A model generated the notes under the pieces. The model searched no databases and was not told where the DNA came from. It saw only the letters and a list, made by a program, of their open reading frames with translations. From NCBI GenBank assembly GCA_937921685.1, contig CAKZUF010000002.1:19236-83235 (forward strand): 64,000 nucleotides of DNA. Direction: 5' to 3'. The position numbers and the translations under genes were made by a program. Below are positions 55,512 through 64,000 of the stretch, piece by piece; position 1 is the stretch's first letter, and each line of letters starts with the position of its first letter. This DNA is from an uncultured archaeon. GTDB lineage: Archaea > Thermoproteota > Nitrososphaeria_A > Caldarchaeales > Calditenuaceae.

Positions 55512-56699
55512 ATGGGGAGTGGGTTAGATTCTACGGCTTCAAGCATTTTGTCCAGCACAGATGTTGCTGTGGTGGGTGGTGGTCCAGCAGGCCTGATAGC
55601 CGCTGCCGAGGCAGCCCGAAGAGGTCTCACAGTAGCCCTGTTTGAGGAGGATGACATTATCGGCCGGCCTGAGCGGTGTGCCGGCTTGTACAGTATCCGT
55701 GGGCTGGAAAAAATCGGGGTAACCCTCAGCCGGAGCTATGTTCAGAACCTCATCTGGGGTGGCGTGATCAAATCGCCAAGCGGGGAGGTCTTCGAGGTCT
55801 CTTCACCGGCACCCGTAGCAGTGGTTGCTGAGCGGGAGGCTTTTGACAGGTATTTGGCCGAGAAGGCTCTTGCATCTGGGGTTGATATCTTTGTTGGGCG
55901 CCGCGTGGTCTCCTGCCAGATTGGTGGGGACGCTAAAGCCTGTGAGGTGGTCTTTGAGGACGGAAGCAAGCTGTCCTCCCGGGCCCTAATAATTGCCGAG
56001 GGGTCTCCAGCAAGCCTAGCCCGTAAAGTCTTCAGAGGCTACAAAGCCCCCCACTGGCTCCCAATAATTCAGCTAATAGTCAGGAACCATGGACTGGACA
56101 GAAGGAAAGCCCATGTCTGGTTCAAAGATTATATCAAAGACTTTTTCGGCTACCTGGTACCCATAAACGAGGAGCTGGGGAAACTTGGAGTTGCGGCGAG
56201 GCGCGACCCTCTAGCAAAGGCATATCGGCTCATAAGAGAGGAGATGCCAGGCTCCAAGATAATCGGTTACTCCGCCCACAGCATATATCGCGGACCTCCC
56301 CTCGAGGTGGGGCTCGACGGCAATGTACTCTTGGTTGGAGACGTAGCGGGGCAGGTCAAGGCAACTACCGGAGGCGGCGTAATCGCTGGAGGGATGTGCG
56401 CAAAGGCCGCTGCCTCACACGTATACAGCTACTTGGAAGAGGGGCGGAGAGGAGTCTACAGGCGTATGATCAGGGGCCTCTACCGTGAACTCAGGGCTAC
56501 CTATTGGATAGCGAGGGCAATAGACTCGATGAGTGATAAGGCCATTGACGGCTTGATTAGGGCTGCAGGCGAGTCGGGGGTCTCAAAAACACTGTCCATA
56601 CGAGGAGATATGGACTTTCAAGTGACAGGTCTCGCTAAGAGCCTAGCCTCGGCGGGCGGCCTTAGGCTTCTATGCGGGCTTCTTAGGACCCTTCTCTAA
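55512..56699 (+). CDS. Geranylgeranyl reductase family FAD-dependent oxidoreductase
   Basis: DVAVVGGGPAGLIAA, RCAGLYS, VGDVAGQVKATTGGG. Confidence 0.8.
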   Translation: MGSGLDSTASSILSSTDVAVVGGGPAGLIAAAEAARRGLTVALFEEDDIIGRPERCAGLYSIRGLEKIGVTLSRSYVQNLIWGGVIKSPSGEVFEVSSPAPVAVVAEREAFDRYLAEKALASGVDIFVGRRVVSCQIGGDAKACEVVFEDGSKLSSRALIIAEGSPASLARKVFRGYKAPHWLPIIQLIVRNHGLDRRKAHVWFKDYIKDFFGYLVPINEELGKLGVAARRDPLAKAYRLIREEMPGSKIIGYSAHSIYRGPPLEVGLDGNVLLVGDVAGQVKATTGGGVIAGGMCAKAAASHVYSYLEEGRRGVYRRMIRGLYRELRATYWIARAIDSMSDKAIDGLIRAAGESGVSKTLSIRGDMDFQVTGLAKSLASAGGLRLLCGLLRTLL

Positions 56700-57825
56700 G
56701 CTCCAAAGGCAGATATTTTCTCGGCTGCTCTCCCACGTAGAGGTGTAGCGGCCGTATCAGCTTGTTGTCTCGCCAATACTCTAGGATGTGGGCTGCCCAG
56801 CCTGCAATCCTGCTGACCGCAAAAAATGCGGTGAAGCTATCAGGTGGCACACCAATCATCCTGTACAGGATTGGCGTCCAGAGATCGATGTTGGGGTAGA
56901 TTCCGCGGGGAGCCAAGACCTTCTGGCCATAATCCTCGAGTGCCTGTGTAATCTCGTACAGTTTCTTAGCCTCGCTGTCCATAGTAGCTGCATGCTTGGC
57001 TATCAATTCCTTTACGACCGTGGCCCTCGGGTCATATATCTTATACACTCTATGCCCAAACCCCATAATCTTTTTCTTCTCGGCGAGCATCGATTCAACC
57101 CACTGTGGCACCCTTTCAGCGCTCCCTATTCTCAGAGCCTGTGCGTAGCTTGCCTCGGAGGCGCCACCATGCAACGGACCCTTCAGGGTTAGTATTCCAG
57201 CAGCTATAGATGAGTAGAGGTCACTGAGCGTGGAGGCTGTTACGAGGCTTGCGAAAGTGCTTGCCGGCACGCCATGCTCCGCATGAAGAATTAAGAGATC
57301 GTCAAGGATCTCCACATACTCCCTCCTATACTCTCCACCGTTCATCATGTATAAGATGTTCTCGGCAAAGCTGAGGTCCTTTCGCGGTGGAACATAGTCA
57401 CCTCCCGAGCGAATCCTAATAATGGTTGAGAAAAAGGAGCCCATCTTGGCTATGGCGTTGATGGCTGCTTCCAAGTCCCCAGGATCACCACCTTTTTTCC
57501 CACCCCCCTCTAGCACCATCAACATTGCAAGCATTGTAAGAGTGTCTTTGTTGTCTGCATGTTTCCGGAGTGTCTCTATATGCTTTGATTCCAGGTTTAG
57601 GGACGCTCTCAGACGGCTCGTAAATTCTTCAAGCTCTGACTTGGTAGGGAGTCTCTGATGTAGCAGAAGGAAGGCAACCTCCTCAAAGCTACTCTTCTCC
57701 ACAAGCTCCCTGACATCATAGCCAGCGTAGTATAAGGCCCCCTTTTCTGTATCGATCAGACATATAGCGCTGTCAATCACATATACACCCTCTAAACCTT
57801 TAAACACATGTGCATGAACGCTCAA
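56683..57825 (-). CDS. Citrate synthase family (citrate or 2-methylcitrate synthase)
   Basis: LHAEHG and GFGHRVYKIYDPR catalytic motifs. Adjacent to a PrpD-family gene. Confidence 0.85.
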   Translation of the reverse strand: MSVHAHVFKGLEGVYVIDSAICLIDTEKGALYYAGYDVRELVEKSSFEEVAFLLLHQRLPTKSELEEFTSRLRASLNLESKHIETLRKHADNKDTLTMLAMLMVLEGGGKKGGDPGDLEAAINAIAKMGSFFSTIIRIRSGGDYVPPRKDLSFAENILYMMNGGEYRREYVEILDDLLILHAEHGVPASTFASLVTASTLSDLYSSIAAGILTLKGPLHGGASEASYAQALRIGSAERVPQWVESMLAEKKKIMGFGHRVYKIYDPRATVVKELIAKHAATMDSEAKKLYEITQALEDYGQKVLAPRGIYPNIDLWTPILYRMIGVPPDSFTAFFAVSRIAGWAAHILEYWRDNKLIRPLHLYVGEQPRKYLPLELREGS

Positions 57826-57862
57826 TTAACCCGCACCATAACTAGCGCAATTGTCTATATAT

Positions 57863-59227
57863 CTATTTAACTGTCAGAGATTCTATTAAATCTCTGACGG
57901 ATTTTAGGCGGTCCAGAGACATGACCTCACCCCAGATAATGTCTAGCTGCTCTTCCGTCAGCCTCCCACTAGTAAGCCGCCTAATCTTTCTGCGCAGATC
58001 ATCCATTGATAAAGGGTTCCGGTAATGCCCCTTCGGATAGATTACCTCAGCCGAGTAACGTCTCCCACCACTCATGGAAACCTCCACAGCATTAGGCACT
58101 GCCTCGGGGTATATTGAGTCGTATTTGGGCTCTACCTCTACTGTCGTTTTCTCTGCAAGCTCCTGGAAGGCTATGTCTCTTATCTTCTCTGGGCTGAAGC
58201 TTTCAAGCCATATGTCGCCATCAAGGAGCGCCCTTATAGTTATGTAGGGTAGGCTATGGTCGGCGGTCTCCCTAGACTTTGGCCTCCATTTTTCAGGGTC
58301 TTTAACTATTATGTTATACGAAGTTTTGAAAGTCCTGATTACGATTTTTTCTACATGAGTAGGCTTGACCCTTCCCGCTTCGGAGACAATCCTGAGAGCG
58401 GCTTCGACGGCAGACATGGAATGATACTCAACCGGCCACCATTTTATCGATGTTCTCAGAATCCTGACAGCGTTTGAGGTTAGCTTGGGCATTGTGAAGG
58501 GACCGGAGACAGACCTCATATAGCCTAGCTCACCCTCGAAGACAGGTTTTGGGCCTGTCATGCCCTCAGCAGCTAGGAGGGCTGAGTAGAGGCCGTGCCG
58601 CGCAGCATATGCAGCAGCGCACCCCTTCCACATGCTTAGCTCTCCAGACCTAGTCTGCCTCAAGGCCGCCGCGTTGACCGTGGCGATGTTGATTGCCTCA
58701 TGAGCCCTCTCGGCATCAAGTTCTAGAAGGGAGGACACGCCGGCCGCAGCACCTACTGCAATGTTTGAGACATGGTCAAACCCTCTATCCCTGATGGTTA
58801 CGGCGTCCGCGAGGGCGCAGGCAACCTCATAGGCGACAAGAATTCCCCTTAGAAGGTCCTCACCCGATGACTCAAAGCACTCACCAGCCGCTATAATTGC
58901 GGGAATCATGTCGCTTGGATGGATTGCCTCTTTTGAGAGGTATGTGTCATTAAAGTCGAGGTACCGCGCCATTATACCGTTCACAAATCCAGCATCCTCT
59001 GGAGCCACCTTTACCCTCCCCCCCAAAATAGTCCCTCCTTCAGCGGCAGGCCACCTCTCCACGACACGACGGGCAGCAACTACAGGCGGCGCATCAATTG
59101 CAGCTATCATCACGCCTATAGTGTCCAGCAACCTTTCCTTAGCAGCCTGAATCGACTCCGGAGCAAAGTCGGCCAAACTTGCACCGGAGGCATACTCAGC
59201 AATCTGCTCAGCAATAGTTTCGCTCAA
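57863..59227 (-). CDS. prpD: MmgE/PrpD family dehydratase (2-methylcitrate dehydratase-like)
   Basis: 454 aa. N-terminal AKERLLDTIGVMIAA and central HPSDMIPAIIAAGE are typical of PrpD. Confidence 0.8.
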   Translation of the reverse strand: MSETIAEQIAEYASGASLADFAPESIQAAKERLLDTIGVMIAAIDAPPVVAARRVVERWPAAEGGTILGGRVKVAPEDAGFVNGIMARYLDFNDTYLSKEAIHPSDMIPAIIAAGECFESSGEDLLRGILVAYEVACALADAVTIRDRGFDHVSNIAVGAAAGVSSLLELDAERAHEAINIATVNAAALRQTRSGELSMWKGCAAAYAARHGLYSALLAAEGMTGPKPVFEGELGYMRSVSGPFTMPKLTSNAVRILRTSIKWWPVEYHSMSAVEAALRIVSEAGRVKPTHVEKIVIRTFKTSYNIIVKDPEKWRPKSRETADHSLPYITIRALLDGDIWLESFSPEKIRDIAFQELAEKTTVEVEPKYDSIYPEAVPNAVEVSMSGGRRYSAEVIYPKGHYRNPLSMDDLRRKIRRLTSGRLTEEQLDIIWGEVMSLDRLKSVRDLIESLTVK

Positions 59228-59569
59228 GCCGCTGCACAGAGTAAAACTTCAATTCTTTACTTAAAGGGTTTTCCCGCCTAGGGGTATCTATAAGTGCGTA
59301 ATAGGGATAAACTTATCTGTGGGCTTATCCCAATAGGTGCCACAAACGGTGCGTACCTCATGTGCCATTGTGGTACACCAAGTAGTGCACACCACAAGGA
59401 GAAGGCCAAGAAGAGGGTAGTAGAGCGAGAGGCTTTAGAGGCGGCCGCATCCACAACAGCATAACACCATCATTATTCTTTTTTCAATGCATTTTGAGTG
59501 TAGCCGATAGTAGAAGTATTTATGGTTGTGTTAGGTGATGAATTATTTACGTGGTGAGGGGAGTCTGGA

Positions 59570-60793
59570 ATGGATTTCGAGTTTACGCCTGAAACAAGAT
59601 TGTTCAGGGAGAAGGTCTCAGAGTTCTGCGCTAAACGTATTGCGCCTAAGTGGGTCGAGATTGATGAGAGCGGAGTGATAGGTTCCGACATAGTCGAGCT
59701 GCTGGCCTCTCAAGGGCTTCTCGGCCTCGTCTTGGACGAGGATTATGGCGGCCAGGGTGGCGGATTTTTAGAAGCAACTCTAGCTGCCGAGGAGCTGGCG
59801 TACCATGCGCCGGCTCTCTCGCTGGCCGTCCTATACCTCCTCCAGAACTCTTGGACATACATTGTCCAGCTCTACGGGTCTGAGGAGGCTAAGGTGGAGG
59901 TTCTCCCCCGTGTTTGCCGTGGCGAGGCACTTGTAGGCATAGCCAGCACCGAGGCTCATGGCGGTAGTGATGTTGCAGGTATTAGGCTGCGTGCTGAGAG
60001 GAGGCAAGATGGGTGTTGGGTTTTGTCAGGCGAGAAGTCGATGGTCTCACTACCGTCTATCATTGAGAAGGTGAAGTGGGGGGGTGGCTGGGTTCTCATA
60101 TGCAGGACAGGGCGCCTGGAGGACAGGCATCAATCAATCACTACTTTCCTCGCCCTTATGAAGAAGGACGGCCACGTCGACCCTGCGATAAAATATAAGC
60201 CTTGGACCGAGTTCGCCCGCCGAGGCCTTGACACATCAGTTGTGAGCTTTACTGATTTCGTTGTAGACGACAGGTATCGGCTCGGCGAGGTCAACAAGGG
60301 GTTTAGAATCGCGATGGAGGGCTTCAACCTTGCTAGGTGTTTGATAGGGTCTGTTACTGTAGGCTGTGCGAGGTGGCTACTTGAGCAGGGAATTTCGTGG
60401 ATCAAGCAGCGAGAGGTTTTCGGCCGCCCAATCGCCTCGTATCAAGCTATAAGCTTCAAGCTAGCCGACCATTTGAAGGAGCTAGAGGCCGCCCGCCTCC
60501 TCTCCTACAAGGCCGCTTGGGCCGCAGACAAGTACTACAAGCAGAAGAGCAGCACGATCAGTCTGAAAGACATAGCAGTTCTCGGGGCGATGTCAAAGCT
60601 CAAATGTGCCTCACTTGCCTTCGAGATCGGGGAGGACGTCATGAAGTGGTTTGGTGGTGCATCCTACTTTAAGGAGCTACCAATATTCAGGGCTTGGCTT
60701 GCTGCGTTTAGCTACGTTGTAGGCGCCGAGGGCACAGAGAACATGATGCGTCTAATCATTGCGCGAGAAACACTAGGCAGGGAATATGTCTAG
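59570..60793 (+). CDS. Acyl-CoA dehydrogenase
   Basis: IASTEAHGGSDVAG, QREVFGRPI and a C-terminal catalytic Glu region YVVGAEGTENMM. Confidence 0.85.
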   Translation: MDFEFTPETRLFREKVSEFCAKRIAPKWVEIDESGVIGSDIVELLASQGLLGLVLDEDYGGQGGGFLEATLAAEELAYHAPALSLAVLYLLQNSWTYIVQLYGSEEAKVEVLPRVCRGEALVGIASTEAHGGSDVAGIRLRAERRQDGCWVLSGEKSMVSLPSIIEKVKWGGGWVLICRTGRLEDRHQSITTFLALMKKDGHVDPAIKYKPWTEFARRGLDTSVVSFTDFVVDDRYRLGEVNKGFRIAMEGFNLARCLIGSVTVGCARWLLEQGISWIKQREVFGRPIASYQAISFKLADHLKELEAARLLSYKAAWAADKYYKQKSSTISLKDIAVLGAMSKLKCASLAFEIGEDVMKWFGGASYFKELPIFRAWLAAFSYVVGAEGTENMMRLIIARETLGREYV

Positions 60794-61647
60794 CGCGCGA
60801 TTGACTGGAATAGCATGTTAATGGCGATAGCAATAAGAAAGAAGGCGAACAGCAACTCTAGCGTCCGGCTACTAGCTTTCTCCGAGGCCTTTGCGCCGAT
60901 CTGGGCTCCGAGCAAGGCTCCAGCTGCGATCAGTCCGCCTATGATTGCGTCGATATGCCCAAGGACAGCGTGAGTAGCTATACCTGTCGAAGCAGTCACT
61001 AATAGAATAAAGTGCGAAGTTGCAGTCGCGATATAGGCTGGGACGCCGAGCAGGATTACCATGACGGGGACGTTGACTATACCTCCACCTACGCCAAAGA
61101 ATCCCGATATGAAGCCCGAGAGCACAGCAAAAGTAACAACTAGATACGGGTTGAACGAATACACATGCTCCCTACCCAGCCTATCCACTATCCTGCTCTG
61201 ACGACCTTCCTTGAATAATCCGCCTCGGCCCACACCCAGCCTAGACCTAAAAACAATGTATAGTGCAGATAATATCAACACTAACGAGAAGTAGACTCTA
61301 AACAGTTCACTGCCCACTAGGGTTGTGGATATTGAGCCCATAATCGACCCCGGAATTGTGCCTAGGGAGAACCCCAGACCCATCCTAACGTCAACCCTAC
61401 GCTGTTTAAGATACGCCGCGGTCGCAGAAATGGCGCTTATAAGTACGACCAGTAGGCTGGTCCCCGCCGCCCTTCCAGGATCAAAGTTGTAAAATATTAG
61501 GAGCAGAGGCGCAACTATGAGTCCTCCCCCCACCCCTAGCAGGGAGGCGATTACCCCCACGGCAAGGCCTAGGAAGGCGAGCAGCAAAACTTCAATGAGG
61601 CCGGTCATAGGCTGCCAGACCACCCCCCCAACGCCCTCAACGTCCAT
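60790..61647 (-). CDS. TauE/SafE (DUF81) family membrane transporter, second copy
   Basis: Eight TM helices with SLLGVGGGLIVAPLL and GFFGVGGGIVNVP repeats. Confidence 0.7.
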   Translation of the reverse strand: MDVEGVGGVVWQPMTGLIEVLLLAFLGLAVGVIASLLGVGGGLIVAPLLLIFYNFDPGRAAGTSLLVVLISAISATAAYLKQRRVDVRMGLGFSLGTIPGSIMGSISTTLVGSELFRVYFSLVLILSALYIVFRSRLGVGRGGLFKEGRQSRIVDRLGREHVYSFNPYLVVTFAVLSGFISGFFGVGGGIVNVPVMVILLGVPAYIATATSHFILLVTASTGIATHAVLGHIDAIIGGLIAAGALLGAQIGAKASEKASSRTLELLFAFFLIAIAINMLFQSIAR

Positions 61648-61706
61648 ATATATCCGGCTCCGCTGCGCATGAAACTTTAAATTAAGAGGTATAGTCGTTC
61701 GTCGAG

Positions 61707-61889
61707 ATGTCTCAGAAGGAGAGGGGGTTGTGGAAGCTCTATTCAGTAACTCCGGACGGCAAGCTGGTGCGGAACGTTAGCTTCTGCCCTATCTGCGGCC
61801 CGGGATATATCATGGCAAAGCACCAGGACAGATATACGTGTGGCAGGTGTGGATATACTAGCTTTATCTCTGAGAAGAAGCCTCGATAA
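61707..61889 (+). CDS. rps27ae: Ribosomal protein S27ae (eS31)
   Basis: [42 protein letters not shown] zinc ribbon. Confidence 0.8.
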   Translation: MSQKERGLWKLYSVTPDGKLVRNVSFCPICGPGYIMAKHQDRYTCGRCGYTSFISEKKPR

Positions 61890-62382
61890 GTCCCCGCGCA
61901 AGTTTTCTGACCTCTCCATCGACATGGACTATAACGACCCCTTCCCTCGGCTGTCCATATAGCATCAATGTCCCCAGCGGTGCCTCAGCCATAACAACCA
62001 AGCCCAACAAGTCCTCCTCCCCATCTACACGGACAATAACCGGCCCATCCATCCCCAGAGCCTCTACAACAGTCCTGTAGGCCTGGCCGCTTATCGTCCC
62101 CGGCCTATTCTCACAGCTCAGCTCAACCGCACCTTCGATGACAACCTTCTCAACCGGTCTACGCTCAATCTTTCCATCAACTATGCAGACATCGGGTCTA
62201 AGACCCATGGAGAGGAGTGTTTTAGTCACTGCATCACCAACCGCTACAAGCCTCCCCACCCTATCGCTCACAACGCTCCTAACCACTTCGGAGGTATTTT
62301 CGGGACAGCCCCTCACAAGACTGCCTAGCGGCCTCTTCAACCGCTCCCTTATTTCCTCGGGGATGACTATTTCTTCACTCAA
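61864..62382 (-). CDS. DUF359 family, GTP-dependent dephospho-CoA kinase
   Basis: LKRPLGSL...[29 protein letters not shown] matches DUF359/COG1909. Conserved position after spt4. TTG start. Confidence 0.7.
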   Translation of the reverse strand: MSEEIVIPEEIRERLKRPLGSLVRGCPENTSEVVRSVVSDRVGRLVAVGDAVTKTLLSMGLRPDVCIVDGKIERRPVEKVVIEGAVELSCENRPGTISGQAYRTVVEALGMDGPVIVRVDGEEDLLGLVVMAEAPLGTLMLYGQPREGVVIVHVDGEVRKLARGLIEASSQR

Positions 62383-62570
62383 CCTTGATCGCGTATCTTC
62401 CGGGCTTCACAATACCTAAGAGTTTCGCTATCTCTGATGACTCAGGCTGTATAACGATTAGGAGGCCGGAATATGTTGCTGTTAGGTTGGTTGAACCGCA
62501 GTTATCACATCTGTTACCTGTAACTATTGCCCTGCAATTTCTGCATGCACGCTCCCTCGGCAGCTCTCAT
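62375..62570 (-). CDS. spt4: Transcription elongation factor Spt4 (RpoE''), apparent +1 frameshift after codon ~5
   Basis: The ATG overlaps the rpo7 stop (TGATGA). The homologous frame [58 protein letters not shown] is offset by +1. Skipping one G of the GGG run (plus-strand CCC at 62554-62556) restores a 64-aa Spt4. Confidence 0.75.
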
Positions 62571-63139
62571 CACCCGCCGGCGACTTTCTCGGCACGAGGC
62601 AGGCGCTCCCTACGCTTCTGCTCTTCAATCCACTCCAAGTTCCCCAAGTAGGGCTGCCGCGTAGTTATCCCGACTTTTCCACCCGCCAGCGAGACGGCGA
62701 CCACCCTAGCTCTAACCTTATCACCAACCCCAAGCTTCCATCCTGTCTGAGACCCAACAAACACGGCGTTCTTCTTGTCAAAATTCACGAAGTCGTCAAG
62801 TATCTGCGAGACATGGAGCAGAGCATCCAGTGGGCCTATCCTGACAAAGGCTCCAAAATCTGTTAACTCTACGACCTCACCCTCCACGACCTCTTGGATC
62901 CTGGGAATGAATACAAGGAGCCTGCATTTGACCCTGTGATAGAGGTTGGGGTCCCTCGGCAGCATGTAGCCCACGTCCTCAACATCAACGCTTAGGATCG
63001 AAACAACGTATCCAAGCTGCTCATCGACTAACCCTTCATAAAGGGCTGAGAGCTTCTTAAAAGCAATCTCCTTTAAAGTGAGTCCAAAATCCCGCGGCTC
63101 AACACCAATCACATCAGCTATCTCTACTACGTAAAACAT
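62570..63139 (-). CDS. rpoE: RNA polymerase subunit E' (Rpo7), S1 domain
   Basis: MFYVVEIADVIGVEPRDFG is a typical Rpo7 start, with a C-terminal S1 fold. I prefer the internal ATG at 63139. A TATA-like AAATTTATTA lies ~40 nt upstream. Confidence 0.85.
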   Translation of the reverse strand: MFYVVEIADVIGVEPRDFGLTLKEIAFKKLSALYEGLVDEQLGYVVSILSVDVEDVGYMLPRDPNLYHRVKCRLLVFIPRIQEVVEGEVVELTDFGAFVRIGPLDALLHVSQILDDFVNFDKKNAVFVGSQTGWKLGVGDKVRARVVAVSLAGGKVGITTRQPYLGNLEWIEEQKRRERLPRAEKVAGG

Positions 63140-63225
63140 ACGCCAGTGACTCCTATTAGGGGGTACTGGGAGGTAATAAATTTGATATGACCCGACATAC
63201 GCCTCCCAAAACTCCCGCCCCTCCA

Positions 63226-63603
63226 CTACATTAGGATGTGAACCTCGAGCCCTCTACTGACGTATATGCACTTTAATCCCTGCCTCCTGAGCCTCTTCTG
63301 GAGAGATGAATCGGCAGTTACAACGGCGTATCCAGTCCTAGACGCCAGCCTCACCAGCTCCTCATCCGCCTCGACCTCTTGGCTGGACTCTAACCGCCTC
63401 ATCCTCTCAGCCATAGACAAAGCCAGCTTCGCGGCCCTTCCACGCCTCCCCTCTCTTGCTGAGAGACGCTTAAGCTCGCCTATAACAGAGTCAGGGACCA
63501 GCGGCACCACCGGCTCGCCTAGCTTCTCTTCAATAAGCTGCAGGATGTCTCTGCCACTCTCTACTATCAAGAGAAGAAAGCTAGTGTCAATTAGTACAGG
63601 CAA
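63226..63603 (-). CDS. PIN-domain protein of the conserved aIF2gamma-PIN-Rpo7-Spt4 cluster
   Basis: MPVLIDTSFLL ... AVVTADSSLQKRL gives the PIN acidic residues. Conserved neighbourhood. Confidence 0.7.
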   Translation of the reverse strand: MPVLIDTSFLLLIVESGRDILQLIEEKLGEPVVPLVPDSVIGELKRLSAREGRRGRAAKLALSMAERMRRLESSQEVEADEELVRLASRTGYAVVTADSSLQKRLRRQGLKCIYVSRGLEVHILM

Positions 63604-63608
63604 CCCGC

Positions 63609-64000
63609 CTATCCCATGATCAGCCCGTAACCTATCAGCCGCCAGCCCATACCAATCTTCCTACATATAGAGACCCTGTCACCCGGCCATGCGCAGAGAG
63701 GCTTGGAGAGATTGAGGGTTAGCCGGCCACCGTGACGCTTGACAACTACACCACTTGTGACTGCTGTATATGAGTTAATTACTAGCGGCTCCTTCTCGGA
63801 TATCTGCTTTACATCAACGTCGCCCTCCACACCTATCACCTTCTCGAAGAGAGTGTATTCAACCTCGAGCGTCTTCCAGACCGGAGGAAGCTTGGAGGGA
63901 CTACCAGCCATCTCGCCAACCAGCGCATCAGACTTGGTGAGTGCGGGATCTAGGGAGGTCTCTACGCCGATAAGCCCGCCGCTGGTCGCCTCCTCCACAC
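63609..64000 (-). CDS. eif2g: Translation initiation factor aIF-2 gamma, C-terminal part (gene continues beyond the window)
   Basis: Domain III-like sequence EPLVINSYTAVTSGVVV...GDRVSICRKIGMGWRLIGYGLI. The reading frame is open to the window edge. Confidence 0.75.
   Translation of the reverse strand, partial: VEEATSGGLIGVETSLDPALTKSDALVGEMAGSPSKLPPVWKTLEVEYTLFEKVIGVEGDVDVKQISEKEPLVINSYTAVTSGVVVKRHGGRLTLNLSKPLCAWPGDRVSICRKIGMGWRLIGYGLIMG

Noticed and set aside
59294-59464. 56-codon Cys/His-containing ORF (..LICGLIPIGATNGAYLMCHCGTPSSAHHKEKAKKR..) in the 342-bp prpD/acd spacer
   Set aside because: I recognised no family. Start-codon choice is ambiguous (GTG at 59294 or ATG at 59360). The TATA-like element sits too close to the GTG. 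It is kept only as something a conservation check could rescue.
59534-59569. GTGATGA box-C-like sequence just upstream of the acyl-CoA dehydrogenase start
   Set aside because: No proper D box follows (CTGG rather than CTGA). The GGTGAGGGG nearby is better explained as a Shine-Dalgarno element for the ATG at 59570.
1-64000. CRISPR arrays, rRNA genes and long tandem repeats
   Set aside because: No regularly spaced direct repeats and no rRNA-like sequence were seen in any intergenic region. The largest spacers are 200-420 bp and non-repetitive.

Overview
This is a gene-dense chromosomal segment from an archaeon. It has no rRNA genes and no CRISPR array, and I found one intron-containing tRNA. 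The gene content points to the TACK/Thermoproteota-like radiation. It combines a PolD large subunit (DP2) with an Elf1-type elongation factor, archaeal SAM synthetase, GGGP synthase, the exosome/proteasome superoperon, Rpo3/Rpo7/Spt4 and aIF2-gamma. That is compatible with Korarchaeota- or Aigarchaeota-like lineages, but this is inference only.

About 0-37.3 kb and 52.3-64 kb are housekeeping genes:
- etfBA-fixCX, Elp3, NucS and MAT
- PolD, guaB-purA, TruD and topoisomerase IA
- RNase HI, MoaA and psmA-SBDS-rrp4-rrp41-rrp42-L37Ae-prefoldin
- an ECF transporter, hom and L13-L18e-RpoD
- S4, S11, queCD, methylcitrate-type genes, S27ae, DPCK, Spt4 and Rpo7

About 37.3-52.3 kb is an accessory-looking block sitting where S11 normally abuts rpoD. 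It holds:
- TauE/DUF1634 and an aldehyde dehydrogenase
- a possible decayed aminotransferase fragment
- two His-rich polytopic membrane proteins
- a Tat-exported type II DMSO-reductase-family molybdoenzyme operon (alpha-beta-gamma-chaperone) with an unusual C-x3-D-x3-C FS0 motif
- an IS607-like relic with an intact TnpB
- a DUF123 GIY-YIG nuclease
- a vapBC pair whose vapC is frameshifted

Three conserved genes (spt4, ecfT, vapC) have single-nucleotide frame problems. These may be sequencing artefacts or real biology. All functional calls rest on motif recognition by eye; no searches were run.
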